Shown here piece after piece: positions 9,142 to 17,264 of a DNA stretch of 39,514 nt. Both the position numbers and the translations under genes were made by a program. This DNA is from Clostridia bacterium (GTDB taxonomy: Bacteria > Bacillota > Clostridia > Oscillospirales > CAG-272). Each line of letters begins with the position of its first letter. Position 1 is the stretch's first letter. The notes under the pieces were generated by a model. That model saw nothing but the letters and a program-made list of their open reading frames with translations. It had not been told where the DNA came from and did no database searches. The stretch covers positions 1-39,514 of the forward strand of contig JAFVRA010000084.1 of the NCBI GenBank assembly GCA_017504545.1, in the 5' to 3' direction.

Positions 9142-9174
9142 GACAGATATATAAACTTCACGGAGGACAGATAT

Positions 9175-10173
9175 ATGTTTCAGGACAAAAAGATATCCTA
9201 CTCGGGCGTTCAGCCGAGCGGAAATCTCACAATAGGAAATTATCTCGGAGCGATAAAGAATTTCTCTACCTACTCCGAGCAGTACAAGTGCTTCTACTGC
9301 GTTGTGGATCAGCACGCTATCACGGTACGTCAGGTTCCCGCAGAGCTTCGCCGCAGGACCTACGAGACTCTCGCGCTTTATATGGCTTGCGGACTTGATC
9401 CCGAAAAGAACACTCTTTACGTTCAGTCGCACGTCCACGAGCACACCGAGCTTGCTTGGATCCTCAACTGCTTTACTATGTTCGGTGAGCTCTCGAGAAT
9501 GACGCAGTTCAAGGACAAGAGCGCAAAGCACGCCAACAACGTAAATGCAGGTCTCTTCACCTACCCCGTTCTTATGGCGTCCGACATTCTGCTTTATCAG
9601 ACCGACGTCGTTCCCGTAGGAATCGATCAGAAGCAGCACGTTGAGCTTTGCCGCGACATCGCAGAGCGCTTCAATCAGATATACCCCGACACCTTCACCA
9701 TCCCCGAGCCTATCGTTTCTAAGTCGGGTATGAAGATAATGTCGCTCGCTGAGCCTCAGAAGAAGATGTCGAAGTCCGACGAGAACGCAAACGCAGTAGT
9801 TTATATTCTTGACGACAAGGACACCATAATCCGCAAGTTCAAGAGAGCCGTTACCGACTCTGAGACGTCTGTTCGCTTTGCAGAGGGCAAGGACGGCATC
9901 AACAACCTTATGACCATCTACTCCTGCTTCACGGGCAAAACTCTCGAGGAGATAGAGCGCGAGTTTGAGGGACGCGGCTACGGAGATTTCAAGCTTGCCG
10001 TTGGTGAGGCATGTGCGGACGCGCTCGCTCCCGTTCAGCAGAAATTCAAGGAGTATATGGCTGACAAGGCTTTCCTTGAGGCACAGATGAAGAAAGGCGC
10101 GGAGGAAGCATCCTACTACGCTCGCAGAACTCTCGGAAAGGTCAAGAAGAAGCTCGGCTTCGTTCAGATCTGA
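9175..10173 (+). CDS. trpS: Tryptophan--tRNA ligase
   Basis: 332 aa with the class I motifs GNLTIGNYLG (HIGH-type) and KMSKS. Overall it resembles TrpRS. A GGAGGA RBS is present. Confidence 0.95.
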   Translation: MFQDKKISYSGVQPSGNLTIGNYLGAIKNFSTYSEQYKCFYCVVDQHAITVRQVPAELRRRTYETLALYMACGLDPEKNTLYVQSHVHEHTELAWILNCFTMFGELSRMTQFKDKSAKHANNVNAGLFTYPVLMASDILLYQTDVVPVGIDQKQHVELCRDIAERFNQIYPDTFTIPEPIVSKSGMKIMSLAEPQKKMSKSDENANAVVYILDDKDTIIRKFKRAVTDSETSVRFAEGKDGINNLMTIYSCFTGKTLEEIEREFEGRGYGDFKLAVGEACADALAPVQQKFKEYMADKAFLEAQMKKGAEEASYYARRTLGKVKKKLGFVQI

Positions 10174-10216
10174 CACACTGATAACGATTATCTAAATAAA
10201 TTTCTTTGAAAGGTCG

Positions 10217-11050
10217 ATGTTTATGGAACAGACAAAGCTTAACGAATTAAAACAGATCGCCGCTAAGATACGCCTCGGCGTGCTTGAGGGCGTTCACGCG
10301 GCGGCATCGGGACATCCGGGCGGATCGCTCTCTATCGCGGACATCATGGCTTACCTCTATTTTGAGGAGCTGAACGTGAGAGCTGACGAGCCGAACTGGG
10401 CAGACAGAGACAGATTCGTGCTCTCCAAGGGTCACACCGCTCCCGCGCTTTACGCGGCACTCGCACTCAAAGGCTTCTTCCCCGAAAGCGAGCTTTCAAA
10501 GCTCAGACACGTTGACTCCTTCCTCCAGGGACACCCCGATATGAAGGGCACCCCCGGCGTTGATATGTCCACAGGCTCGCTCGGTCTCGGCTTCTCCACC
10601 GCCTGCGGTATGGCTCTTGCGGCTAAGATAGACGGCAAGGACTACAGAACCTACACTATCGTCGGTGACGGTGAAAGTGAAGAAGGACAGATCTGGGAGG
10701 CGGCAATGTTCGCGTCTCACTATAAGCTTGACAACCTCTGTCTTATCGTTGACTGGAACGGACTTCAGATAGACGGTACAGTTGCTGAGGTAATGAATCC
10801 CACTCCCCACGATAAGAAGCTTGAGGCGTTCGGATTCCACGTTATCTCTATCGACGGACACGACCTTGAGCAGATAGCGGCGGCATTTGCCGAGGCCAAG
10901 ACGGTAAAGGGCAAGCCCACCGCGATCATCGCAAAGACGATCAAGGGCAAGGGCGTATCCTTTATGGAAGACCAGGTAGGCTGGCACGGAAGTGCGCCTA
11001 ACGACGAGCAGTACGAAAAGGCAGTTGTCGAGATCAAGGCAGCTATGTAA
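10217..11050 (+). CDS. Transketolase, N-terminal (TPP-binding) subunit
   Basis: 277 aa with the GHPGGSLS and GDGESEEGQIWEA thiamine-diphosphate binding motifs. This is the split transketolase typical of Clostridia. An alternative ATG lies at 10223. Confidence 0.93.
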   Translation: MFMEQTKLNELKQIAAKIRLGVLEGVHAAASGHPGGSLSIADIMAYLYFEELNVRADEPNWADRDRFVLSKGHTAPALYAALALKGFFPESELSKLRHVDSFLQGHPDMKGTPGVDMSTGSLGLGFSTACGMALAAKIDGKDYRTYTIVGDGESEEGQIWEAAMFASHYKLDNLCLIVDWNGLQIDGTVAEVMNPTPHDKKLEAFGFHVISIDGHDLEQIAAAFAEAKTVKGKPTAIIAKTIKGKGVSFMEDQVGWHGSAPNDEQYEKAVVEIKAAM

Positions 11051-11062
11051 GGAGGCAGAAAG

Positions 11063-12004
11063 ATGGCAGAAAAGATAGCAACCAGAGAAGCTTATGGCAA
11101 CGCGCTTGCCGAGTTTGGCTCGGATTACGATTTCGTAGTGCTTGACGCCGACCTTGCGGCAGCTACGAAAACAGCTATATTCAAAAAGAAATTCCCCGAG
11201 CGCTTTTTCGATTGCGGAATCGCAGAGGGTAATATGATGTGCGTAGCCGCAGGACTTGCGGCAGCAGGTAAGCCCGTGTTCGCATCCTCCTTCGCTATGT
11301 TCGCCGCAGGCAGAGCATTCGAGCAGATCCGTAACTCTATAGGCTACCCCCACCTCAACGTAAAGATAGGCGCAACTCACGCGGGCATTACCGTAGGTGA
11401 GGACGGTGCTACCCACCAGTGCCTTGAGGATATCGCTCTTATGAGAAGCATTCCCGGTATGGTCATAGTAAACCCCGCAGACGCGGTCGAGGCAAGAGCG
11501 GCTGTAAAGGCGGCACTTGAGTATAACGGACCTATGTATCTCCGCTTCGGCAGACTTGCAGTTCCCGTATTCAACGATCCCGATAACTACAGCTTTGAGC
11601 TTGGCAAGGGCATCTGCCTGAAGGACGGAAGCGACGTTACTATCGTAGCGACCGGCGTTATGGTAGATATGGCGATCAAGGCGTCCGAGCTTCTCGCAGC
11701 TAAGGGCATCAGCGCAAGAGTAATAAATATCCACACCATCAAGCCGCTTGATAAGGAGATAATCCTCAAGGCTGCGGCAGAGACGGGTGCGATAGTTACC
11801 GCCGAGGAGCATAATATCATCGGCGGTCTCGGAAGCGCAGTTGCAGAGGCAGTATGCGAGGGCACTCCCGTTCCCGTGCTCAGAGTCGGCACAAACGACT
11901 GCTACGGACATTCGGGCAAGGTTCCTCCCCTGCTTGAGATGTACGGTCTCACGCCCGAAAATATCGCCGCAAAGGCAGAAGCGGCTATCGCGCTCAAGAA
12001 GTAA
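11063..12004 (+). CDS. Transketolase, C-terminal (pyrimidine-binding) subunit
   Basis: 313 aa with the motif FDCGIAEGNMM. It lies directly after the N-terminal subunit, with an AAGGAGG RBS. Confidence 0.93.
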   Translation: MAEKIATREAYGNALAEFGSDYDFVVLDADLAAATKTAIFKKKFPERFFDCGIAEGNMMCVAAGLAAAGKPVFASSFAMFAAGRAFEQIRNSIGYPHLNVKIGATHAGITVGEDGATHQCLEDIALMRSIPGMVIVNPADAVEARAAVKAALEYNGPMYLRFGRLAVPVFNDPDNYSFELGKGICLKDGSDVTIVATGVMVDMAIKASELLAAKGISARVINIHTIKPLDKEIILKAAAETGAIVTAEEHNIIGGLGSAVAEAVCEGTPVPVLRVGTNDCYGHSGKVPPLLEMYGLTPENIAAKAEAAIALKK

Positions 12005-12016
12005 GGAGAAGAAAAA

Positions 12017-12802
12017 ATGTTTTCAAAGCTTGGACTTCAGATGTTCACCGTAAGAGATCATATCGGTGACGAGGCGGCGCTTGATAAGACCTTCGAGCGT
12101 ATGGCAGAGATAGGCTATACCGAGGCGCAGACGGCAGGCAGAGAGTCTGCTGAGTACGCTAAGATAGCCAAGAAGCACGGTATCACCATCGTAGGCACTC
12201 ACTACAGCTACGAAGAGATAATCAACAACGTGGACGCTACAATAAAGCTCCACGAGGCGCTCGGCACTACCAACGTAGGCATCGGCGCTATGCCCTACGC
12301 CGCAAGAACAGACGTTGAGGAATTCTACCGCTTTGTAGAGAACTTCAATAAGGCGTCCGAAATATACGCAAAGCAGGGCTATAAGCTCACCTACCACAAC
12401 CACGCGTTTGAATTCGTGGAATTCGTACCCGGCACGAGCAGAATGAGCTATATGTACGAAAACTTCGATAAGAAGAACGTATCCTTCGTGCTTGACACCT
12501 GCTGGGTGGCAAAGGCGGGTGGCGACGTGCGCGAGTGGATGGAGAAGCTCGCGGGAAGAATTGACATTCTTCACCTCAAGGACCTCAAGGTCGTATATAA
12601 GAATGAGAACGGCTGGGATACCGACCACAGATATTGTGAGATAGGTACGGGAAATCTTTGCTGGCAAGGAATAATTGACACCGCGGCGGCTATCGGCGTA
12701 AAGAATTACGTCGTTGAGCAGGACGGCGCATGGATAGACGGCGACCCCTTCAAGTCTATTGAGGTAAGCCGCAAATACCTTGATAAATTTATGAAAAACT
12801 GA
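12017..12802 (+). CDS. Sugar phosphate isomerase/epimerase (xylose-isomerase-like TIM barrel)
   Basis: 261 aa with AP_endonuc_2-like features (YHNHAFEF, ILHLKD, VVEQD). It is the last gene of the tightly packed 7948-12802 operon. Confidence 0.75.
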   Translation: MFSKLGLQMFTVRDHIGDEAALDKTFERMAEIGYTEAQTAGRESAEYAKIAKKHGITIVGTHYSYEEIINNVDATIKLHEALGTTNVGIGAMPYAARTDVEEFYRFVENFNKASEIYAKQGYKLTYHNHAFEFVEFVPGTSRMSYMYENFDKKNVSFVLDTCWVAKAGGDVREWMEKLAGRIDILHLKDLKVVYKNENGWDTDHRYCEIGTGNLCWQGIIDTAAAIGVKNYVVEQDGAWIDGDPFKSIEVSRKYLDKFMKN

Positions 12803-12880
12803 TATTTTTGTTGAGAATATTATACCATTTTCAAGCTTCTAAAAAAGCAAAAAATTTTTTAAAAAACTTTAAAAAAATGC

Positions 12881-12909
12881 TTGACAAAAGAGAGCTGTTG
12901 TGGTATAAT
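12881..12909 (+). promoter_or_regulatory. Consensus sigma-A promoter with an AT-rich UP-like element driving the tRNA pair
   Basis: TTGACA (12881-12886), 17-nt spacer, TGgTATAAT (TATAAT at 12904-12909). It is preceded by ~40 nt of A/T tracts, and the tRNA begins 12 nt downstream. Confidence 0.8.
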
Positions 12910-12920
12910 ATTCTCGTTCC

Positions 12921-12995
12921 GCTGGTGTGGCTCAATGGCAGAGCAGCTGATTTGTAATCAGCAGGTTGTTGGTTCGACTCCGATCACCAGCTCCA
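12921..12995 (+). tRNA. tRNA-Thr (anticodon UGU)
   Basis: The cloverleaf folds by hand. Acceptor stem is GCTGGTG/CACCAGC and D stem is gctc/gagc. The anticodon stem gctga/tcagc carries loop ttTGTaa. The T arm is gttgg-ttcgact-ccgat, and the CCA end is encoded. Confidence 0.9.
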
Positions 12996-13025
12996 AGGCT
13001 TCGCCTTGCGGAGCCTATTAAATAA

Positions 13026-13110
13026 GGGGGATTTCCCGAGCGGCCAAAGGGGGCAGACTGTAAATCTGTTGTCACTGACTTCGGTGGTCCGAATCCACCA
13101 TCCCCCACCA
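13026..13110 (+). tRNA. tRNA-Tyr (anticodon GUA), class II with long variable arm
   Basis: Acceptor stem GGGGGAT/ATCCCCC and anticodon loop ctGTAaa. There is a 13-nt variable arm and a T arm ggtgg-tccgaat-ccacc. The CCA end is encoded. Confidence 0.9.
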
Positions 13111-13112
13111 AC

Positions 13113-13144
13113 AAAAAGAGCACTGCAACGCAGTGCTCTTTTTG
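13113..13144 (+). terminator. Rho-independent terminator after tRNA-Tyr
   Basis: 10-bp stem agagcactgc/gcagtgctct (13117-13126 / 13130-13139) with a 3-nt loop, followed by a T-run. Confidence 0.8.
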
Positions 13145-13450
13145 TTGGTGAAGGATACATAACGTGGATTCGGAAGCCCGGCGCAACGCGTAGCGGCGCA
13201 AAAACAACACAGTGTGTTGTTTTTAGGGCGTGGACTTAAGCTGTGTTCGCTCAGCAGAACAATGCGCGAAACTGCACTGCATCGCATCAGGTCTTTTTGT
13301 TGGTGAAGGATACATAACGTGGATTCGGAAGCCCGGCACAACGCGTAGCGGCGCAAAAACAACACGGTGTGTTGTTTTTAGGGCGTGGACTTAAGCTGTG
13401 TTCGCTCAGCAAAACAATGCGCGAAACCGCAACTCAGTTTCCTTTTCCTA
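13120..13450 (+). repeat. Tandem direct repeat, ~155-bp unit, about 2.1 copies, each full unit containing a terminator-like hairpin
   Basis: The core at 13137-13276 is repeated at 13292-13431 (offset 155), with only 4 substitutions found by eye. Each unit contains aaaaacaacac-nnnn-gtgttgttttt (13199-13225 and 13354-13380). The left edge of the unit overlaps the tRNA terminator. A degenerate third start lies at ~13430-13450. Confidence 0.85.
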
Positions 13451-13459
13451 ACTTAACTA

Positions 13460-13488
13460 TTGCAAGCTTTAGAATTCTGTGCTATAAT
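13460..13488 (+). promoter_or_regulatory. Sigma-A type promoter for the beta-helix protein gene
   Basis: TTGCAA (13460-13465), 17-nt spacer, TGcTATAAT (TATAAT at 13483-13488). It lies ~50 nt upstream of the ATG at 13541. Confidence 0.65.
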
Positions 13489-13540
13489 AAATCGAGGCGT
13501 ATTCGCGTGCGCCTTATTCAGAATATTAAAGGCGGACGAT

Positions 13541-15178
13541 ATGACGACCTATTATATTGACCACAAAAACGGAAACGACGCGCTTGACGGACGCTCTCCC
13601 CAAAGCGCAAGAAAAAACTATACCGACCTCTCGCTAAAAAAAGGCGACGAGGTGCTTTTCAAGCGCGGTAGCTTCTATCGTGACAAGCTCCACGCGCTTC
13701 CCTACGTCTCCTACGGCGCTTACGGGGATGGCGAGGCTCCTACCTTCTGCGGCTCAACAGACGTCAGCAGAGAGGAAAATTGGGCGCTTACAGAGCGCGA
13801 GAACGTCTGGAAATGCAGGAAGCTGATTCCCGGAGACGTGGGAAATATGCTCCTTGGTGACGGTCTTTACGGCACGTTCCGTTGGGAGCTTGACGAGCTT
13901 GCCTCTGACGGCGACTTTTACGACGCGAGAAGCATCCTTGGCGACTGCTTCAAGCAGGGCAACGAGCCCTCGCTCTACCTCTACTCGCAAGTAAATCCTG
14001 CCGCAAAATACCCCCATATCGAGGCTATCTCCTACAACACTCGTCAGCTTGTCAAGCTTAGCGACGGTATGAGCTTTGACTCATTGCGCTTTATCAACAG
14101 CGGCGTTCACGGAATGGCGGGCAATGGAGATCACATCACGGTCAGAAATTGCAGCTTTGAGAATATCGGCGGATGTGCCTGGAGCCACGAGCTGAGAATA
14201 AGATTCGGAAACGGATTTGAGATCTGGGAGAGAGGCGACGATATACTTATAGAAAACTGCTCGTTTAAGAGCGTTTACGATTCCTGCATAACTCATCAAG
14301 GTCCGGGGGAAGATACGAAGCCTGCCGAGAGATTTATCTGCCGCGGATGCCACTTTGACACCTACGGAATGGCGGCGTTTGAATACAGAGACAAGCTACC
14401 TATCGACTCCGCGTTTATCGGCAACACCTGCACGGACGCAGGCTGCGGATTTGCGATGCTCGGTGAGGATCTGCCGCGAAGAAGCGAGATCTGGCCTCAG
14501 CCTATGGGACACCATATATTTATGTGGCGAATTGACCACGCTACAGACGGCGGCAGACTTGAGATACGCGACAACCACTTCGGCACGGCCCCCGTGGGTG
14601 CGGCGATATATTCCATAATCTCGCCCGAAGCAGAAGCGCAAGTGACACTTGAGAACAACCTCTACACCGAAAACGCCACGCTTCTCAACCGTTTTGGCGG
14701 CGAGAATTTCTGCGATCTTGACACCTACAAGGCAAGGAGCGGTCAGGACAAGAACAGCAGGTACATCAAGTCAAAGAAGAAGATCAAGGGACTCGTATCG
14801 ACGATAATTCTCGGTGTTTGTCTGCTTATTGCGCTATTTTTCACCTCAAGGCTTCTGTCGGTAGATCTGCAAGAGTCGCTCAAGCAGATGTCGCAGTCGG
14901 CAAGCAACTCCGCGGGAAGCCTTGAAAATGCGGGCGAGATGGAATTGGTCTATCTCCTTGCCGCAAGCATAGGCGTGATTGCAGTAACCATCGCGGCTTA
15001 TATTATCGCCATTATGACGCTCACCTCCTGCGCCGTTCCGCTTATTTTCTCAATAAGGAATATAAAGGCAGAAAACAAGGCAATAAAGATCATCAATATA
15101 ATATACACAGTTCTCTTTTCTTCGGGAGTTCTTCTCTCGTTGATAAAGATGCTGCTATTTTATCTCGGTATTGGATAA
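13541..15178 (+). CDS. Right-handed parallel beta-helix repeat protein with a C-terminal multi-pass membrane anchor
   Basis: The ATG at 13541 follows an AAAGGCGGA RBS. The N-terminus YYIDHKNGNDALDGRSPQSARK is typical of pectate-lyase-fold proteins. PbH1-like repeats are present (VRNCSFENIGG, IENCSFKSVYDSCITH, CRGCHFDTYG, IGNTCTDAGCG). The last ~130 aa hold 3-4 hydrophobic helices preceded by KSKKKIKG. Confidence 0.75.
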   Translation: MTTYYIDHKNGNDALDGRSPQSARKNYTDLSLKKGDEVLFKRGSFYRDKLHALPYVSYGAYGDGEAPTFCGSTDVSREENWALTERENVWKCRKLIPGDVGNMLLGDGLYGTFRWELDELASDGDFYDARSILGDCFKQGNEPSLYLYSQVNPAAKYPHIEAISYNTRQLVKLSDGMSFDSLRFINSGVHGMAGNGDHITVRNCSFENIGGCAWSHELRIRFGNGFEIWERGDDILIENCSFKSVYDSCITHQGPGEDTKPAERFICRGCHFDTYGMAAFEYRDKLPIDSAFIGNTCTDAGCGFAMLGEDLPRRSEIWPQPMGHHIFMWRIDHATDGGRLEIRDNHFGTAPVGAAIYSIISPEAEAQVTLENNLYTENATLLNRFGGENFCDLDTYKARSGQDKNSRYIKSKKKIKGLVSTIILGVCLLIALFFTSRLLSVDLQESLKQMSQSASNSAGSLENAGEMELVYLLAASIGVIAVTIAAYIIAIMTLTSCAVPLIFSIRNIKAENKAIKIINIIYTVLFSSGVLLSLIKMLLFYLGIG

Positions 15179-15222
15179 AAAAAGCTCGGAGCATTATGGT
15201 GCGTGTTCTTAAGGACAGTTTT
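15178..15222 (+). repeat. Left arm of a ~45-nt inverted repeat (partner at 17265-17307)
   Basis: The arm reads AAAAAAGCTCGGAGC - 9-11 variable nt - CGTGTTCTTAAGGACAGTTTT. The reverse complement of 17265-17307 matches the 15-nt and 21-nt blocks exactly. The arm starts at the stop codon of the upstream gene. Confidence 0.85.
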
Positions 15223-15249
15223 AAGAATACGTTACCTACCGACAGGAAA

Positions 15250-15285
15250 AGGACGAAGAATTGTTAAAATTCCTCGTCCTTTTTT
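15250..15285 (+). terminator. Rho-independent terminator
   Basis: 12-bp stem aggacgaagaat/attcctcgtcct (one A-C mismatch) with a 7-nt loop and a T6 run. An A-run lies on the left. Confidence 0.65.
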
Positions 15286-15325
15286 CTTGACAAGCACTGC
15301 ATTTGTGGACACAAATGTCTTTATG

Positions 15326-15354
15326 TAGACTAATTCACAAATTTATGATATAAT
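15326..15354 (+). promoter_or_regulatory. Candidate promoter of the sigma-factor gene
   Basis: TAGACT (4/6 match to the -35 consensus), 17-nt spacer, TGaTATAAT (TATAAT at 15349-15354). It lies ~80 nt upstream of the ATG at 15437. Confidence 0.5.
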
Positions 15355-15436
15355 ATTTGCGAGAAACATTAACCAAATCATTTTTCTTTCACTATTAATG
15401 CAGAAGCTTCTAAAATGGCGGAAAGGAGGTACGTAG

Positions 15437-16993
15437 ATGACCTCAATCGAATTGAACGAAAAGATAACGGAAGTATCAAAAACAATCTTCTCCTACTGTA
15501 TGGCTAAAACACCCACACGAGAAGAAGCCGAAGACTTATCACAAGAAATTCTGTATGAGTTGATAAAGTCGGCTGAAAATATTCGCGATGACAAGGCATT
15601 TTACGCTTTCATGTGGGGAGTTGCAGGAAACGTTTATAAGCAGTGGTATCGAAAAAAGTTAAAAAATAACACCTGCGAATTGACGGAAGATATTCCCTCG
15701 GACAATGAGTTCGCAGAAGATGATAATAGCGATATATATCTGCTTCGCCGTGAGCTTACTTTGCTATCCGAGAAATATCGAAAAGCAACGATTATGTATT
15801 ACATTGACGAACGTTCTTGCTCTGAAATATCATCTGCGCTTGCCATTTCCGAAAGCATGGTAAAATACCTGCTGTTCAAATCACGAAAAATATTGAAAGA
15901 AGGAATGAGTATGGAAAGAAATCTTGGAGAACTCAGCTATAATCCTAAAACATTGATCCCGATGTATAACGGTGAGGGGCCAAACCATTTTTGGAATTTT
16001 ATGCAAAGCAAAATCAAACAAAATATTGTAAGTGCTTGTTATAACGATGCACTTACGGTTCAGCAAATCAGCCTTGAGACCGGCATTCCGCTCCCGTATC
16101 TTGACAATGAAATCAAGGAACTTGAAAACAGAAAAATTATTATCAAAGATGGTAATTATTATAAAGCAAATGTAATTATTATTACAGAGGAATGTACCGA
16201 CGAAATTGATCGTGCTGTTGCAAAATATCACGACCAAATTGCCGATAAAATTGAATTATTTATCAAAGAAAAGATGCAGTGGTATAAGGAAATCGGTTTT
16301 ACCGGTTGTGATTTTTCAGAGAACAGCTTGCGTTGGCAAATGTCTGCAATTCTGTTTAGAATTATTTTTGGCACATATTCATGGCCGAATGCAGAAGTGC
16401 CTAAAACCGCATGGGGTGAGCGGGCTTTTCTTTGGTGTCTTGAAAAGATGAATACGAATCATACCTTTAGTTTTTGCGATCAAGACAGTAAAAAACAAGA
16501 CCGAATGTATTTCTTTGATTATTGGAAAAATGGCAATGGAAAAGGAAATCATCACGACTTTTATGGAAATGATCGTTATATCAACATCTTTTGTGATATC
16601 TGTCGATGTAATAAGACGACATTTAGCGAATACGATCTTGAAGCAGTTGCTGAAATGATCAAAAAAGGATATATAATCAAAGAAAACGATGAATATCTGA
16701 CTTCCGTTGTAACTTATACAGTAGAGCAACATAAAACGATTCTTTGTGTGATGGAAGATTTTATATCAGCTGAACTTGCATCAATTATTAAAGAAATGGA
16801 TAAGACAGCAGCACAAATTTTAGGTTCACACACACCAAAACATTTGCAAGACCAAGTTAAAGGTATTGCCTCTATGGATAGGTTTGGTAATGCAGTTTGT
16901 ATTCCCGCAATAATTCTTATTGAGAGACAATTCTTGAGTACCGCTTGGCATCCTCTTGAAATGCCTACGACTTATGTTGTTTTGAATAAGTAA
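15437..16993 (+). CDS. Sigma-70 family (ECF-like) RNA polymerase sigma factor with a ~350-aa C-terminal extension
   Basis: Region 2-like sequence: EEAEDLSQEILYELIKS...FYAFMWGVAGNVYKQWYRKK. Region 4-like HTH: LSEKYRKATIMYYIDERSCSEISSALAISESMVKYLLFKSRKILKEG. A soluble extension follows, with winged-helix-like stretches and no TM helix. An AAGGAGG RBS is present. The gene is markedly AT-rich. Confidence 0.8.
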   Translation: MTSIELNEKITEVSKTIFSYCMAKTPTREEAEDLSQEILYELIKSAENIRDDKAFYAFMWGVAGNVYKQWYRKKLKNNTCELTEDIPSDNEFAEDDNSDIYLLRRELTLLSEKYRKATIMYYIDERSCSEISSALAISESMVKYLLFKSRKILKEGMSMERNLGELSYNPKTLIPMYNGEGPNHFWNFMQSKIKQNIVSACYNDALTVQQISLETGIPLPYLDNEIKELENRKIIIKDGNYYKANVIIITEECTDEIDRAVAKYHDQIADKIELFIKEKMQWYKEIGFTGCDFSENSLRWQMSAILFRIIFGTYSWPNAEVPKTAWGERAFLWCLEKMNTNHTFSFCDQDSKKQDRMYFFDYWKNGNGKGNHHDFYGNDRYINIFCDICRCNKTTFSEYDLEAVAEMIKKGYIIKENDEYLTSVVTYTVEQHKTILCVMEDFISAELASIIKEMDKTAAQILGSHTPKHLQDQVKGIASMDRFGNAVCIPAIILIERQFLSTAWHPLEMPTTYVVLNK

Positions 16994-16999
16994 AAATTC

Positions 17000-17046
17000 A
17001 CCGCCGAGAGCAACCGTTTGATCACTCTCGGCGGTATGTTATTTTA
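17000..17046 (+). terminator. Terminator of the sigma-factor gene
   Basis: 11-bp stem accgccgagag/ctctcggcggt (17000-17010 / 17025-17035) with a 14-nt loop, followed by a T-rich tail. Confidence 0.55.
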
Positions 17047-17101
17047 TGTTGCACAACCACCTCTGGTGGTGAGTAAGTGCGCACTTGCAGATAAACAAAA
17101 A

Positions 17102-17225
17102 GCCTCCCTTGTGTAAAGGGAGGTGGCACGGCTTGCCGTGACGGAGGGATTGTAAAAGGCGAAAATTTATCGTTAAACAATCCCTCAGCCGCCTTAGGCG
17201 TCAGCTCCCTTTACACAAGGGAGCC
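17102..17225. repeat. Structured palindromic intergenic element (two ~50-nt modular arms in inverted orientation, 23-nt spacer)
   Basis: Left arm is 17102-17153 and right arm is 17177-17225. The outer blocks ctcccttgtgtaaagggag and ggagggattgt/acaatccctc are reverse complements. The centre of each arm is a different small GC hairpin (cacgg-cttg-ccgtg versus gccgcc-ttag-gcgtc). On the minus strand the element is followed by TTTTTGTTT. Confidence 0.8.
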
Positions 17226-17264
17226 TATAGCGGTGTTCGCTCGTCTACATACTATTCCATTTAT

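Noticed and set aside
9142-9174. Looked for a T-box leader or attenuator upstream of trpS.
   Set aside because: Only 33 nt separate trpS from the upstream aminotransferase stop, which leaves no room for a T-box. trpS appears co-transcribed.
7963-10176. 737-aa ORF on the minus strand, antisense to the aminotransferase and trpS genes. Similar long antisense ORFs occur at 10496-11911, 25888-27756, 36242-38299, 2434-3927, 1944-2933 and 832-1689.
   Set aside because: Each lies entirely opposite a gene with unmistakable family motifs. Their translations are low-complexity (rich in L/V/R/S/A/G), lack RBSs and show no recognisable domains. They are shadow ORFs caused by codon bias that depletes stop codons on the complementary frame.
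12932-13365. Small ORFs 12932-13210(-), 13072-13365(-), 13006-13239(+) and 13369-13560(+).
   Set aside because: They run through the tRNA genes and the 155-bp tandem repeat. The duplicated peptide MLFLRRYAL.RASESTLCILHQQK simply reflects the DNA repeat. No RBS is present.
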